In this document: positions 39,774 to 53,640 of the stretch, one piece after another
How positions within the stretch are numbered: the stretch's first letter is position 1
Layout of the letters: every line of letters begins with the position of its first letter
NCBI GenBank assembly: GCA_013239625.1
Contig: MU054323.1
Span: forward strand, 12,655,694 to 12,719,693
Source of the DNA: Lama guanicoe
Taxonomy: Eukaryota
Length of the DNA: 64,000 bases
Reading direction: 5' to 3'
The notes under the pieces: model-generated
Database searches by the model: none
What the model was told of the DNA's origin: nothing
Seen by the model: the letters and a program-made list of their open reading frames with translations, nothing else
Made by a program: the position numbers and the translations under genes

Positions 39774-40723
39774 ATGTAATGCTAGACTTGGGCAGACCCC
39801 CTTCTATCAGGTGAGTGCAGTTAAGATTACAGCCTGTCTGTCTTAAGATAGGCATGTTGCTGAGGAGATGGTGATGTTTTTATTTTTCTTAGGCTAGTGA
39901 ATTGCTTTGCTTTCTCTGGGTCATGGTAGTGAGTAAAGATGTAGAGATACTGGTTGGCACCTAGGAAGCACATCATGTCCTTCTTCTGTGAAGAAGAATT
40001 CACAACCCATTTCAATAGAGAAATTCGGGGTTTTAGGTCTTTCTGTGTTAAACTAAATTGTTTTGATTTGCAGTCCTCATTTATTTCTTGCCTTAGGAAA
40101 TATGGGAAAAAAGGAGAAAAACAGAAGGATTGGTCTAGTGTTTTGCTTCTCAGTATTTTCTCTCTTTTGATTATTTTCCTGTGCAGAACTGTGTGCTGTT
40201 TTAATATAAAAACTTTATAAATATATGAAAAACTAGAGTCCCTTTATTTCTCTGTTCCCCTTGAATATATATGCATTTCGTTAGTTTTGGTGTGTGACTT
40301 GGCATCAGAATTTTTTAACGCTTCCCTGTAATTTTAGTGCATCATCAGGGTTGAGAATGAGTGGATTAGAGTCTAGATTATTCTAAAGCTGCCTTCTCAA
40401 GTATTAGGCAAGAGTCTTCTTTCTTTCTCTCTACCCCCTAACCCCTTATTAATTAGGAAGAAATTGAAAATAAAAATTACTAGAGAATAAGTTCTTTTCC
40501 CTTGATGGTCAAATCCTGTGAATTTGGGAGCGTCTCTTTTTGGTGATTATCTTTTTAACTTTCATACGTAATGTTGTAAAAACAAGTTTTCAGATAAACA
40601 ATTTTAAAGAATGCAATCTTAATTTTTTTTAAAAAGATCTTCACTTACCTATACATATTGATAGCTAGTTAACATTTCTCCTGATACTTTGTGTATAAAA
40701 TCATAATTGTGTTTAATTTTCAG

Positions 40724-40878
40724 TATCACAGTCTCCCACTGGAACAGATGATTCACTTCTAGGGGGTTTACAAGCAGCGAACCAATCCAACCAGCTTATT
40801 ATACAGTTATCATCTGTACCAATGTTAAATGTTTGTTTCAACAAACTTTTTTCCATGCTTCAAGTCCATCATGTTCAG
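40724..40878 (+). CDS. BIRC6: BIRC6 exon 28
   Basis: tttcag|TA TCA..CAG|gtatga; SQSPTGTDDSLLGGLQAANQSNQLIIQLSSVPMLNVCFNKLFSMLQVHHVQ. Confidence 0.95.
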
Positions 40879-41368
40879 GTATGACTTCAGGAGAAATGGT
40901 GTATTTTTAGACATTAATACCAGCCTAGTAAAAGATGAAAATAACGGGGATCATTCTCAACCAGACAGGGATGATTTCTTTGTCATACTCAGATGAAAAA
41001 ATACCGGAGATACTCTGATTAACCACAGCGCCTCAGGGAAAGGTCATTTTGTAATTTTTATTATTTTAAGCTTTTACTGCTTTGGTTCCAACTATGTATT
41101 ACACATAGCTGTATTTAAAGACTTGAATCACCTCTTTTAATTAGTAAAACATTTGTATTAGGTAAATTATAAATTTTAATATAGTTAAAATTTGTTTGAT
41201 CTAGAATTTTAAGAAGTTTTTGCTTGTCTACTGAATTGACATAACCAGGAAAAGTATTTAATAGAAAAATAATTTACTCATGAGGATGCATACATAATAT
41301 TTTTGTTTAAATGATATTTCATAATATAATAGGTACTTTTTTTCCTGTCAATTTTTATTCTTTTTCAG

Positions 41369-41495
41369 TTGGAATCCCTTCTCCAGTTGTGGCTCACATT
41401 GAGTCTGAATTCTAGTTCATCTGGAAACAAAGAAAATGGAGCAGACATTTTTTTATACAATGCTAATCGAATACCTGTCATTTCATTAAATCAGG
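41369..41495 (+). CDS. BIRC6: BIRC6 exon 29
   Basis: tttcag|TTG..CAG G|gtaaga; LESLLQLWLTLSLNSSSSGNKENGADIFLYNANRIPVISLNQ. Confidence 0.95.
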
Positions 41496-42545
41496 GTAAG
41501 ATTTATTATTGACATAGCATAAGTAATAAGCTGGAAAGGTAATGATTATGTTAATAATACCTAATCTTTGTCATTAGGGTTATAATGTTTTAGTGAAAAA
41601 AACCTGTTTTAATATACTGACATAATAATTATCAGGAAGGAGGACAGAAAACTCTTAGTCTTTGATCTGTATTATCTTATGTCTGTGTGCAACACAGACA
41701 AAATCTACAATGTTCTGTTAATCTTTACATTTTATTTTCCTCAAGTATTTTCTTATTCATAGACTGCTTTGTTGAAACTGGTATTTCTTACAATTGTGAA
41801 AGAGCTTCTAGGGGATTGGTAAATTGGAGGAAGATGTCAATTTTTGTATAAGTTGTGTTCATTCTTTTTTTTTTTTTTTTCTTGGCAAATACAGGAATGT
41901 GGAAATAGTGGGACTAGGATAATACCCTTCAATAGGAGTAGAACTAGCCTTCAGTTCTAGCTACAGGAATCTATTTAAAGAAGAATAAAAGTCATTTTTT
42001 TCCTGGTATTTTCTCTAGAGATATACATGATGCCTGGCTTTCACATGGCCTGTCTCATCCTTAGTGACAGCCATACCTGGCTCATGGTCCCACTTACATC
42101 TGCATTGACTCAGCAAGAGCCGGCGCTACTTTAATTATTAGGTTTTTATCTGTTTCACTGTATTAATAATAATAGTAATAATTATTATTATAGATTTTGC
42201 TCTGATCATGTTTTTTAACTTTGTTATCGTGAAAATCATTAAGCATAAACAAGAGTGACTAGAAGGGTAAGAAATTATTCCTTAGTATAAGATATTTGGC
42301 CGGTATTTAAATTTCTAATTGGCTTAACTGTTACAACATTTGTTTATATGAAATAGAATCCATGTAGGGTCTACACATTTTAGTTAATTATGATTCTTAA
42401 TCCCTCTATATATAGATTCCCTCCATGTCTTTTTTTTAAATCTCCTTGCAAAGTTATTTGTCAAAGAAGTTTACTTGTCTTCAGGATGCCCAGGGTCCCA
42501 ATTTTTAGTGATTGTGTTCCTATGGTATCCTCTCTATTTCCTGTA

Positions 42546-42674
42546 TTTTTAAAATTTTTATTTTCAAAAATTTTTAAATTTTTTATTGAAGTACAGTCAA
42601 TTACAATGTGTTGACCTCCGTTGAACAGCACAATGTCCCAGTCATGCATATAAATACATATATTTGATTTCATA
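42546..42674 (-). mobile_element. Short, heavily 5'-truncated L1 3' end with TSD
   Basis: T-rich tail, tttattgaagtacagtcaattacaatg L1 3'-end motif; perfect 13-bp TSD tctatttcctgta at 42533-42545 and 42675-42687. Confidence 0.75.
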
Positions 42675-43799
42675 TCTATTTCCTGTAAATTGGAAGTTGG
42701 CCCTAGAGCTTAATCTGATTTGAGGCTTTTTTTTTAAGGCAGTTTCATGGGTTGTGTCTCTTTTTATGTTGTTAATAGGCACTAATGATTAATGCCTAGA
42801 CTTATTAACAATTCATAGAAAGTTTCAAAATGAAGATAATCTAATTCGTCTATTACTTCTTTATTATCTAAAAAACTTCCATAAAGAGAAACTTCCTTTC
42901 ATATGCTATCATGTTATCCTCTGGAGACCATTTATGTAACAGGCAGGAAAAATGCTAGAAATACTTTGGTTTTTAAAGTGAAAATTTAAAATGAATTGGT
43001 TCGTAAGTAGCCTGCAATTATAACCACTTAGTTTCTTTAATAAATACCTGTATAAGTTCATGACTTTAAAATATTTCTCATGTTTCTGTTACAGTCATGC
43101 TTATTGTGCTATATGTGGCCAATAAGGTGCTTATTTAGGTTTTATTGGTTTTGTTTTTTGTGAAATACACAACTATGTCTTTGTTAGATTTTAGTGTGAT
43201 AGATGTTTCAGGCTTTGTATTTCCTGCCTGAGATCTGAAATCAACCGTATATACACAGTGTTTTAAGGGTACAATCTGGGGGCTGTTTTGTGTTTGTGTA
43301 TTTTTAATAACTTTTTTGGCTTCTTTACCTGCCATGTGTGCTTCTTATCTAGACATCGCAAGTGAGTTAGTTATTGTTTTAGTTCATGCTTGTGTTGGGA
43401 AGTTGTATTGGTTTTGAATGGTCTAGCCATCCCTGTCTTTCCAATATGCCCTGCTATTTTTAATTCTTGATTTTGCAGAATGTGAGGATTTTTAGTAAAA
43501 CACAAATTGTGTTTAGGTGGAAATGCCTGTACTTTGGAAAGGACAACAAATTTATAGTGATGACATGTTATTTTATTTGTCACAGGGTGAGCCTTAGACA
43601 GTAAAATGTTGTTGATGGTTAATGCATTGGTTATATTTAATGGGGAACTTTTTATTTGTATATTTTGAGGACACTAGGTAGTGAATTGATTTTTAAAAAG
43701 TAATATCATGTTTTAAAGTTCATTATTTTTCTTTTTAATTCTTAGTAAACATTTGCTTTTTCTGGGTAAAAATGTTTCCCCTTTTTCTTTTCCACATAG

Positions 43800-43910
43800 C
43801 GTCAATAACTAGCTTTCTCACGGTGTTAGCGTGGTATCCCAATACTTTGCTCCGGACGTGGTGCCTTGTGCTTCATAGTCTAACACTCATGACAAACATG
43901 CAGCTTAATC
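43800..43910 (+). CDS. BIRC6: BIRC6 exon 30
   Basis: acatag|CG TCA..AAT C|gtaagt; SITSFLTVLAWYPNTLLRTWCLVLHSLTLMTNMQLN. Confidence 0.95.
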
Positions 43911-45382
43911 GTAAGTTCAAACATTTATCCTTTAAATCTATTTATTCCTTTAATTCTCTGACATATACTTTATTACCCTTGACAGCAGATTCTTAAAGAA
44001 GATTTTTCCAAGAAGTGATATAGTTGTGAAGATGATTAAATTCCTTATTTTAATGTCTTTTCTGAATTTGTTCTTAATGTATCTTACCGTTTGTGCTTCT
44101 TTACTTTTATAATATAAATACTTTCATATCTCTACAAATACAAGTTCAAATTACCTTCCAAAAATGTACTAGTTGTTAAAGTAAAATTGATTAGTTTTAG
44201 AGTACAAAGTCAAGTGTTTAATGTTAGTCTGTGTCTCGTGTTGGCTGTTTATTCTTTTAAAAGTACCATTGCACTTAAAAATGGTTTGTTCATTATAATA
44301 TTCATGAACATGTAAGACTAGATTCCTCAGTTTGTATTTTTCACCTCTAAGACATATATTCACTAAATATAATCGCTACTTCTCAGATTGTAAAGTCCTA
44401 TTATGTTTCCTACTTTCCTTATCCCACACCCTTATTTCCCATTTAAGTTAAGATGGTAAAATAATTTCTGAACCTTCTTAGAAAGGAAGTTTTAGTGCCT
44501 TCTGTGGCTTTCAGTATCTCACAGTGACAAAGATATTCTCCTACATTATGTTCTGTAATGCTTACTGGTTTTGCTTTTCAGGTCTAGATTTTATTTGACA
44601 TTCTTGAGGTTGTTGGAAGGTAGGGATCAAAGTTCATATTAGAGAGCAAGGACTAGCCGGTTGTGAATTGAAGTCTTTATTGCATCTGTAGGTTATGTCA
44701 GCAATGGGTGGATTTCATTCCCATCTTTTTGGGTTGAATTTCATTGACTAGAAAGCATCATCATGATGACGAAGATATTAAATTGAATCACTGCTTAGCA
44801 TCAAAATGGAATTGCATTTTTTTCATTTGAAATATATTTTCCAACTATGGGACCTAAAACATCACCATGTGATACTGAAGATAGATTTGACTCAAAGATA
44901 TTTTGTTCAGTTCAGAAAACGGGTGTGTTATCTGTATATCAATTAACAGTATACAGCATTTATATAGCTGACATGCAAAAATGAATATGTTTTGCCTCAG
45001 TTTATCTTCTGAAACTTGTTAAAATTTACCTGAGAAGTCAATCTCTATTTCTGGAATGGAGAAATAATTACTAAGAATAGGCTTACCAAAAGGACCATGA
45101 GCATTTAGTTATTTCTTTTCTATTGACCGTTTGCTGAATAAGATGCACATTAAATTGGGTATTTTTTACAGTCTCATTAGGAGAGGGGCATGAGATCTGT
45201 GGTAGATGAAAATAGAGAATGAATCCCACTCAGTACAGTAGAGATTCAGATACTTTTAATCAGCTGTAACTTCCAGGAATATGTGAGTTTTACTTGAAAT
45301 TAAAAGATGTTTTAAATACTGCATTTCCATTGTTTCAGGGCCTATTTGTTGAGAACTTTTTTTTTTTTTTAATATTTTATAG

Positions 45383-45516
45383 CTGGCTCCAGCAGTGCCA
45401 TTGGAAATCAGGAGAGTACTGCTCATCTGCTGGTTTCAGATCCAAACTTGATTCATGTTTTAGTGAAGTTTCTTTCTGGCACCAGTCCACATGGAACAAA
45501 TCAACACAGTCCACAG
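45383..45516 (+). CDS. BIRC6: BIRC6 exon 31
   Basis: ttatag|CT GGC..CAG|gtaata; GSSSAIGNQESTAHLLVSDPNLIHVLVKFLSGTSPHGTNQHSPQ. Confidence 0.95.
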
Positions 45517-45587
45517 GTAATAAGACTTTCTGAAAATCCATAATAGGCCCAGATTATAGAATCAGCATACTTGAAAGAAAAACTTTT

Positions 45588-45903
<316 letters not shown>

Positions 45904-46254
45904 TTAAGTGTACCTAAATACATAAAGTTTTATGTATCAGTGTAATAAAATGTTTTGAATTATTTGTAATAATAATAACAATACTGAAATTGAATTATAG
46001 CAGGTAGTAAGTTTTTGCTTGCGTTTTTATTGGATTATTGTGTAGGGATATATTTTTGGCATTAATTTTGTATAACTTAATAAACATTCTAAATAAATAC
46101 TTACCTGAATGTCAGGGAAGCATTTCAAAAATTGGGGAATTAAAAATAATTTTTAAAATAATATATTATGGTTAATGATCTCTGTTATCAAGATTGACAA
46201 GTCACCTAACTTAATCGTTTATGATATTAAATGTTCTATTTAACAAAAACAGAA

Positions 46255-47045
46255 ACTTGACATGGATGGATCTAAAGGATATTATACTAAGTGAAACAAG
46301 ATGGAGAAAGACAAATACCATATGAGTTCACTTTTATGTGGAATCTAAAAAACATGACAAATGAACAAACATAAAACTGAAACAGAATCACAGATACAGT
46401 AATGGGGGTAGGGGTTGTAGAGGGGATGAGAGAAATGGGTGAGGTAGAGTAAGACGTACAAATTTCTGAGTACAAAATAAATGAATCACCAGTGTGAAAT
46501 GTACACTGTGGAGCGTATAGTCAATAATAATGCAATTTCTTTGTTGACAGATGATAACTAAACTTACTGTGGTAAGCATTTTGAAATGTATAGAACTATC
46601 AAATCACTGTGTTGTACATCAGGAACTAGCATAGTGTTGTAGGTGAATTATAGTTCAGAAACAAACAGATTCACAAAAAAAGAGATCACATTTGTGGTTA
46701 CCAGAGACAGGCAGGGGGTCAGTGAATTGAACAAAGGTAGATAGAAGGATAACTTGCAGTAATAAGACAAGTAAGTACTAGGGATGTAGTGTACACCATG
46801 GTAAATATATGAACATTCCTTTATGTTATGGATGAAAGTTGTTAAGAGAATAAATCTTGAGTGGTCTCATTAGAAGAAAAAAAATTTTTTTCTCTTATTT
46901 TGTATCTATATGAGATGACAGATTTTCACTAAAATTACTGTGATAATCATTTCATGATGTATAAGAGTCAGATCATTATGGTGTACCCTTTAAACTTACT
47001 CAACCCTGATGTCAATTATATCTCGAAACTGAAAGAAAAAAAAAG
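46255..47045 (+). mobile_element. Sense L1 3'UTR fragment(s) ending in an A-rich tail
   Basis: catggatggatctaaagg..agacaaataccatatga..tcacttttatgtggaatctaaaaa; gtcaattatatctc followed by an A-run at about 47030-47045. Confidence 0.7.
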
Positions 47046-47162
47046 AAATACTGCTTTTGTTAGTTAAGAAAATAAAAGATGTATCAGAGCTTATAAGCAT
47101 TTTTAGTCTAACTACAGATTTCTTTTCTATCAATTCAAGTTTTTGTTATATCATACTGTTTT

Positions 47163-47191
47163 AGACGAGATCGGACACATTCAGGGTAGAC
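47163..47191 (-). pseudogene. Tailless 5S rRNA 5'-fragment retropseudogene (29 bp)
   Basis: Minus strand GTCTACCCTGAATGTGTCCGATCTCGTCT matches 5S rRNA nt 1-40 minus nt 7-17 with three C>T changes; perfect 16-bp TSD tatatcatactgtttt at 47147-47162 and 47192-47207. Confidence 0.85.
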
Positions 47192-48612
47192 TATATCATA
47201 CTGTTTTAAAAGTATTTTTCCTTCAGTATATTTCTTTTCACATAAAATATTTAGTGTTCATAGCAGCTTTTTAATGGATGTTATTCAAGATTATCTTTCA
47301 AAGTTATCATCTTTTTTTTCTTAGCTATATGCTTTTATTTATGCTAAGTCTAGGTACTGTTATAGTAGTTAGGGGATATAAGTAGTTAGCCTGTCTGAGT
47401 CTCTGCCTTTCTTGGAGCTTAAATTTTGTTGGATACATTTAGTCAGTACTCTTATACTGAATAGACTAATTTTTGTAGAGCATAGTAAAATAAAAGAGAC
47501 AAGGTAAAGAATGAGAAAGAAGAAACTACTTGTAGTTAGATTGGGCCAGAGTTTTGATGGGGACAGAGGCATGTTATCAAGTGATTATTATACATAAAGA
47601 TTGTGTGAATTTTGAATGTGAGGATTCCTGAAATCACTGATTCCAACTTCATTATTTTACATATGAGAAAATATGCATTATTTGCATTGCCTGCAATTAT
47701 ACAGCTAGTTAGCAGAGCCTGGGTGTCAGGGGGCATGCCACTGTATAAAATATTTTTTCCTCTCTTTTTTTCTTTAAAGGCTGAGTAAAAGTTATTGAGG
47801 ATCAAGCTTTCCTCAGATATTTTGGTTTTATATAGGAAGTTTGGTTATTAATATGATTTGTATGCTGATTATTAGAAATTAAGTTTATCTAACTCTAAAA
47901 TGGTTTTTAGAATTATACTGCATTTTATTTTTTCAAAGCTCCTTTAAGGTTTTATGATTATACTAAATTAGGATCAAATAAAATAATATGTAGGAGAACA
48001 TTTCAAAACATACTTTAGGATACTTAGTGTGGTTCTCACTATCATTTTTTTCACTGATGAGACAGAAATTTGGGAAAGCAGTTTTTTATGAATTGGTACA
48101 GGTTTTAAGCTTTAGGGTTTTTTGTTTATACGGTGTTTTGTTTTTTGTTTTTCATTTACTTTATTTTTTGCTCTGCTGGTCATTAGAAGCATGACTTTTT
48201 GTGGATCATTTAACCCCTCTGAGTCTGAGTTCTTGTGTTTTGAAATGGGATAATTAATAAAATTGTTTTTGAAAATCAATACATAAGTTCTTTGTACTTT
48301 TGAAAGCATTATGAAGATATTTCTCATGTAATTCAGGTGAATCTTTTTCTGTATTAAGTTAAATGAACCTAATATAAGTTGTTCTAGACCATAATGAAAA
48401 AAATACTGATAATAAATCTATAATTTTCTATTTAAAATAATATATCGAGACTTAAAAATAAATTGGTTTCCAGCTATCACTATTAATATTTTTGTTCTTC
48501 AAATGAGAAGTTACAACGGTATAGCTCTTGACTTAACACTTGATACTTTTTAAATGAATAATTCTGAGTGGGATCAGTAAGCAGTTTTCAACAGAACTTC
48601 ATTTTTTTTCAG

Positions 48613-48740
48613 GTTGGGCCAACAGCTACACAAGCTATGCAAGAATTTCTTACCCGATTACAAGTGCATCTTTCTTCAACATGTCCTCAGATATTCAGTG
48701 AATTTTTGCTCAAGCTAATTCATATACTTTCAACAGAAAG
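48613..48740 (+). CDS. BIRC6: BIRC6 exon 32
   Basis: tttcag|GTT..GAA AG|gtaaat; VGPTATQAMQEFLTRLQVHLSSTCPQIFSEFLLKLIHILSTE. Confidence 0.95.
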
Positions 48741-50299
48741 GTAAATTTCAGCCTGTACATATATTCCTGATGTAGAAGCAATCGGTAATCTTCTTAATAA
48801 ATATGCCCTTATCACTTGCTGGAGGTTTATCTGGGGACAGATAAGCAGGAGGATAGTAGGGATTAAGAAGATAAGGTTTATTGATGTGTTTCTTGGTTGT
48901 TTTCATTTCATTTTGCTGTCCCAGATCCTAAACTCTATTGTGAAAGGAATAATGGGTTCATAGATTAGTAATTATAAACCTTCTAGATGAAATTTACTTG
49001 AAGCTGTTTAAATTGTTCTAGAATACAGGTAGAGAATTAAAGTTACCAATGATTTTATTTGAAACTTACATTTGATCTAACTCTAACCCGAAAAGTTAGC
49101 TTAAAAAAAATTAAATACTAATCTCATATAGAAATCTTAAATAAATTACTACCAAAATCAGGCACTAGGTTAAAAAGATTAAAATGTGACCATGATGCAT
49201 TGATGCTTGAAATGCATAGTTCAGTATATGATATATATCATATTAATGAATCATTTCATCATACTATAAGACATTTTATAAAATCCAGCATTACTTTCTG
49301 AGAAAATTTTTTAATGAAATATAAATAGTGTCATATAATTTAAAGTTATATAAAAAACTATGATGAACAAAGCAAACTACAGCATGTTTGATTATTTTAA
49401 AAATTTATATTAATATCAAAAACAAGTTAAAGGTATTATTTGCTATCTTTATTATTTAATTTCATTCTGGAAGTGCCAATGAATTTAAAAACATTTTTAA
49501 TGATATTAGAAAATGGTTAAAATCATTTGTAGATTACATGACTTTAAAAATTAGTTTTTAAATATTAGAATTCAGAAAAAGGTATAGTTTATAAAAGCAT
49601 AAAAATTAATAACTTTTAATAATAGTTATTTTTTATAGATCTGTAGCAGAATACCTTAAACCTAATATAAAAACTAATGTACAGAACTTACATGGAAATA
49701 TGTTTTCATAGTTGCAAAAATTTTTATCTCATGGTACTATCTGCTTTTTGTTTTCTTCCTCCTTTGTAACTATTTTGAAACATTCATGTGGTTGTAGTTC
49801 AGCCTGTTTGTAGTGTGTACGCAGTGAGTGAAGCATAGGTGCCGGAAGAAGTTAGTCACAAAATCAAAGGCTTGCTGTATGGTATGCATGTGTGTATTTG
49901 GAAAAGTGACCCTGAGGATTTTGTATGATATAAATAAAACCAACTGACAAGAAAAAAATCAGTCACCATGTATTTCATTTTTCTTTTAACTAGGCTTTTT
50001 AAAAAAACTGTTCGAGAGACCTCTAAATATACTTACTGAAGACTTTAGATCTGTTTCTGTAGAGTCTAGCAGTAAAAGATTTTCATACGAAAATTCAATG
50101 TATTTACTCTAATATTAATTTCCTACAGAAATGTTAGTCTTATTTTTAGCTTATTACATGCTATCTGTTTTAAAAAATCTTTTATATCTTTAAATCTTTT
50201 TTTAAGTGAAAATATTTGTAGATTTACGTTTCTCAAAAACTGATTAGAAGCGTTTTTTTTTTTACCAACTACTTTTTCATCCTCTTCCACCCTACACAC

Positions 50300-52650
50300 A
50301 CCTCATACATTTTCTTTAATTGCCTCCATAATGCTGGCCCAAAAATATTTCTTAGTTTTTGTTTCCTTTGTTTTGTGTGTTTTTAAGAAAGTCTCTGGTA
50401 TCCCAATAAATTAGCTCTTCAGTTAAATTGATAATATGAATTGAAAAGAAATACCCATTCTTCATATGAAGAGGGCACTGATTTTTATCAGATAAGTGTT
50501 TAGTAGATAGTTTCTCTTTGCCTGTAGATTATATTTTCATTTTCTTAACAATATCTTTCAAAAAGCAGCTTTTAATTTTGAAGAAATATTGTCAGCTTTA
50601 TATTATTATTATTTTTGTATCGTAAAAATAGCGTTGCTTAACCCAGGTCTTAGAGATGATCTCCTATGTTTTCTTATAAATTTTATAGTTTCAGATTTTA
50701 CGTTTAACTTTATGTTAAGTTAAAGTTTGCATTTGTGTCAGAGTTCTTTTTTTTTCTTGGCTTATGGATGATGTTCAATTGTTCCTGTACTGTTTGTTGA
50801 AAAAACATCCTTTTTAAATTGAATTCTCTTTGTGCCACTTTCAAAAATCAGTTGACCTTATTTATTTTGCTTGATTTCTGAACTCTATAGAATTGATTTT
50901 TTTGTCTGTTCTTTACCAATATTACACTGCTTTGGTATTTTTTATTGTTTCTTGAAGTCTGATAGTATAGATTTTCCATCTTTGTTCTTTTTTCAGAATT
51001 GTTTTGGCTATTCTACTTTCTTTGCTTTTCTGTGTAAGTTTTAGGATCAGGTTATTGATCCCCCACCTCCACCCTTACAAAAACAAAACAAAACAAAAAA
51101 ACAATTTCGTTGGATTTTAATTGAATATGTGTCAATATGTAGATGAATTGGAGAAGAGTCATAAATGTATTTATAGATATAGTTATACATGGAGACATAA
51201 AAATAGTTATATAGAGTGATATATATATATGTGACTTTTCTTTGTACACAGTCATGTGGTCATTGAATAATGTGTACATCTTTTTTGCTTTTTCTGAACC
51301 TGTTGAAATGATCATGTGTCTACAGATATGATAAATTACATTGATTTAGAAAAAAAAAGTGTTGATCATTTTGTGTTCCCAGGGTATGTTCACCTGTTCA
51401 TGGTATGATCCTATTTATATCTTGCTGGATTTAATTAATTAATATTTTGTTGAACATTTTTGAATCTATGTTAAATAGAAATATTTGCATCTTTAAAAAT
51501 AATGTCTTTGGTTTTTATGTCAAGGTAATACAGGACTCCTAAAATGAGTGTTCCGTTTGGAAGAGGATGTGTAAAACTGGGTTATTTCTTACTTAAATAT
51601 TCGATAGTAATTGCCATTGAGGCATCCTGTGTCTGGAGTTTTAAAATTTTTTCTATTTATTTTATAGGTAAAGGATTATTAAGATTTTCTTTCTTCTTGC
51701 GTGAGCTTTGGCGTTTTGTGTCTTGAAGGAATTTATTCATTTCATCTACATTGTTGAATTTATTTGTATTATTTTCCTTTTAATTTTTATAGGATGCAGT
51801 TCATTCATTCTATCATTTTTGATATTGGTAATTTTAATCTTTATTTTTGTTCATCTTGCTGGAAGTTTATAATATTATTGATATTTTAAAAGAACCAATT
51901 TAAAGTTTTGTTGATATTCTCTATTTTTTCATTTCTAGTTTCATTGATTTTTTTCTCTAATAATTATTACTTCCTCCTTTCCAGTTTTTTTGAGTTTTAT
52001 TTGCTCTTTTCTAGTTTAGATTGATTTGAGACCTCTCAGCTTTTCTTATATAAGTATTTGACGATATCTTTCTCTTAACTAATCTATTTAGACTATTTTA
52101 CATTTAATTGTAATTATTGATATAGTAGACTAAAATTATCAGTTTGCCAGTTTTCTGTTTATTTAATCTGTTCTTCCCTTCAAAAAAATTTTTTTCTTGC
52201 CTACTTTTGGATTAAGTAATTTTTTATAATTTTTTTTATTGAAATATAGTTGGTTTACAATTTTGTGTTAATTTCTGGTGTACGTTGTAGTAATTCAGTT
52301 TTATATATATACATACATATTCCTTTTCATATTCTTTTTTATTATAGGCTATTTCAAGTTATTGAATATAGCTCCCTATGCTATTGTGATTTCATTTTGT
52401 TTCTAGTGTTGTCTTATTATGTATAACAAAAAAAATTTGAATTAGCTTTGCAGTACACATCTTTATTTCATAACATTCTGCCTTCAAATATTTTTATACC
52501 TTAAATCACATATGTCAGAAGTTTACAACAGTATGTTTACAGTTTGTTTCTCCCATCTTTGTGATTTAATTATCTAGTTTACTTTTACATATGCTGTAAA
52601 CTAATACATTCCTACAGTTTTTTCTTTAGATAACCACATATCTTTTTGAC
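50300..52650 (-). mobile_element. Antisense L1 fragments, including a younger L1 3' piece at ~52228-52385
   Basis: L1 ORF2/3' motifs (gttcaattgttcc..tttgttgaaaaa; aaaatcagttgacc; ttttattgaaatatagttggtttacaa); boundaries approximate. Confidence 0.6.
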
Positions 52651-53176
52651 ACTGAAGTAAGTAGTATTTAGGCCTGGAAGTGGACAAGCCTCTTGTAATG
52701 GATTATTAGCGTGAGGATTTGAGTCACTCTTTTCAGGATTTGACCTTGGTTTGGTTTTTTTGTTGCTATGGTTACCTTTAGTGTTACATCAGCTTCAAAA
52801 TGATCTAGTTAACTTCTCCTTCAGTGTGAGTTGGGATACATGGGATTGTTCCCAGTGTCCTTGCAACATTCTTAGCTTTTGTTCTTCCTTATACGTTTGT
52901 ACCACAGCGAGACTTTCTCTCCATGGCTCCATCTCTAGCAGTCAGTTGCTTTTGCTTGTTTCTTAATGTCCCATAGACTCCTAGTGATGGCAGATGTTCT
53001 CTGATATTCTGGTCCTGGCTCAGTCTTGGGCAGGCCCTCTGTGACTGGTCCTTATGGGAGGAGCTTTCTCAATAATTTTTCTCATTCCTTTTGTCAGCCA
53101 GACTCTGGCTTGTGTCTTTGGTCATTTCTCAGCAAGAGAGTGTTTCCTTCTCTCCAGTGGGAGAGAGATACTATTT

Positions 53177-53198
53177 TATATATATATATATATATATA
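53177..53198. repeat. (TA)n microsatellite
   Basis: about 11 TA units read directly. Confidence 0.9.
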
Positions 53199-53214
53199 CT
53201 ATTGCTATTTGAGA

Positions 53215-53640
53215 TTTTTTTTCACTAACACCAAATACCTGGTGTCTTTTTTAACACCATTTCTCTGATTTTCTGACATCAACCCTGTGTAACAATTCAG
53301 CCCTATTCCACCACTATCCAAAGTTAGCTTCACATTTATAGTTTTAACTGCTCAGTCCCTCAAGATTGTCTTTACCTTAGAGGGCACTTGCAACTCCGAG
53401 GTCCCCAGGTTACCCACACTTCTGTATGATTTGACTACAAATTCACATGTTCTCACAATCCCCTCTTCAGATTCAGTAATTTTCTTGAACGACTCATAGA
53501 ACTCAGGAAAATTGCGTTACTTACATTTACCAGTTTATTATAAAGTATAAAGCTCCGGAACAGCCAAATCGAATAGATGCAAAGGGCAAGATGTGTGTGG
53601 GGGATGATGAGGGACGGTGTCTGTGTGAACTTCAAGGGTT
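53215..53640. mobile_element. LTR relic (MER21-like)
   Basis: cccaggttacccacacttctg..actcatagaactcaggaaa..acttacatttaccagtttattataaag..aacagccaaat..gatgcaaagggcaag. Confidence 0.55.

Noticed and set aside
40965..41022. Possible intronic C/D box snoRNA (atgatt...ctga)
   Set aside because: No proper RUGAUGA C box, too short, and no recognisable guide or terminal stem.
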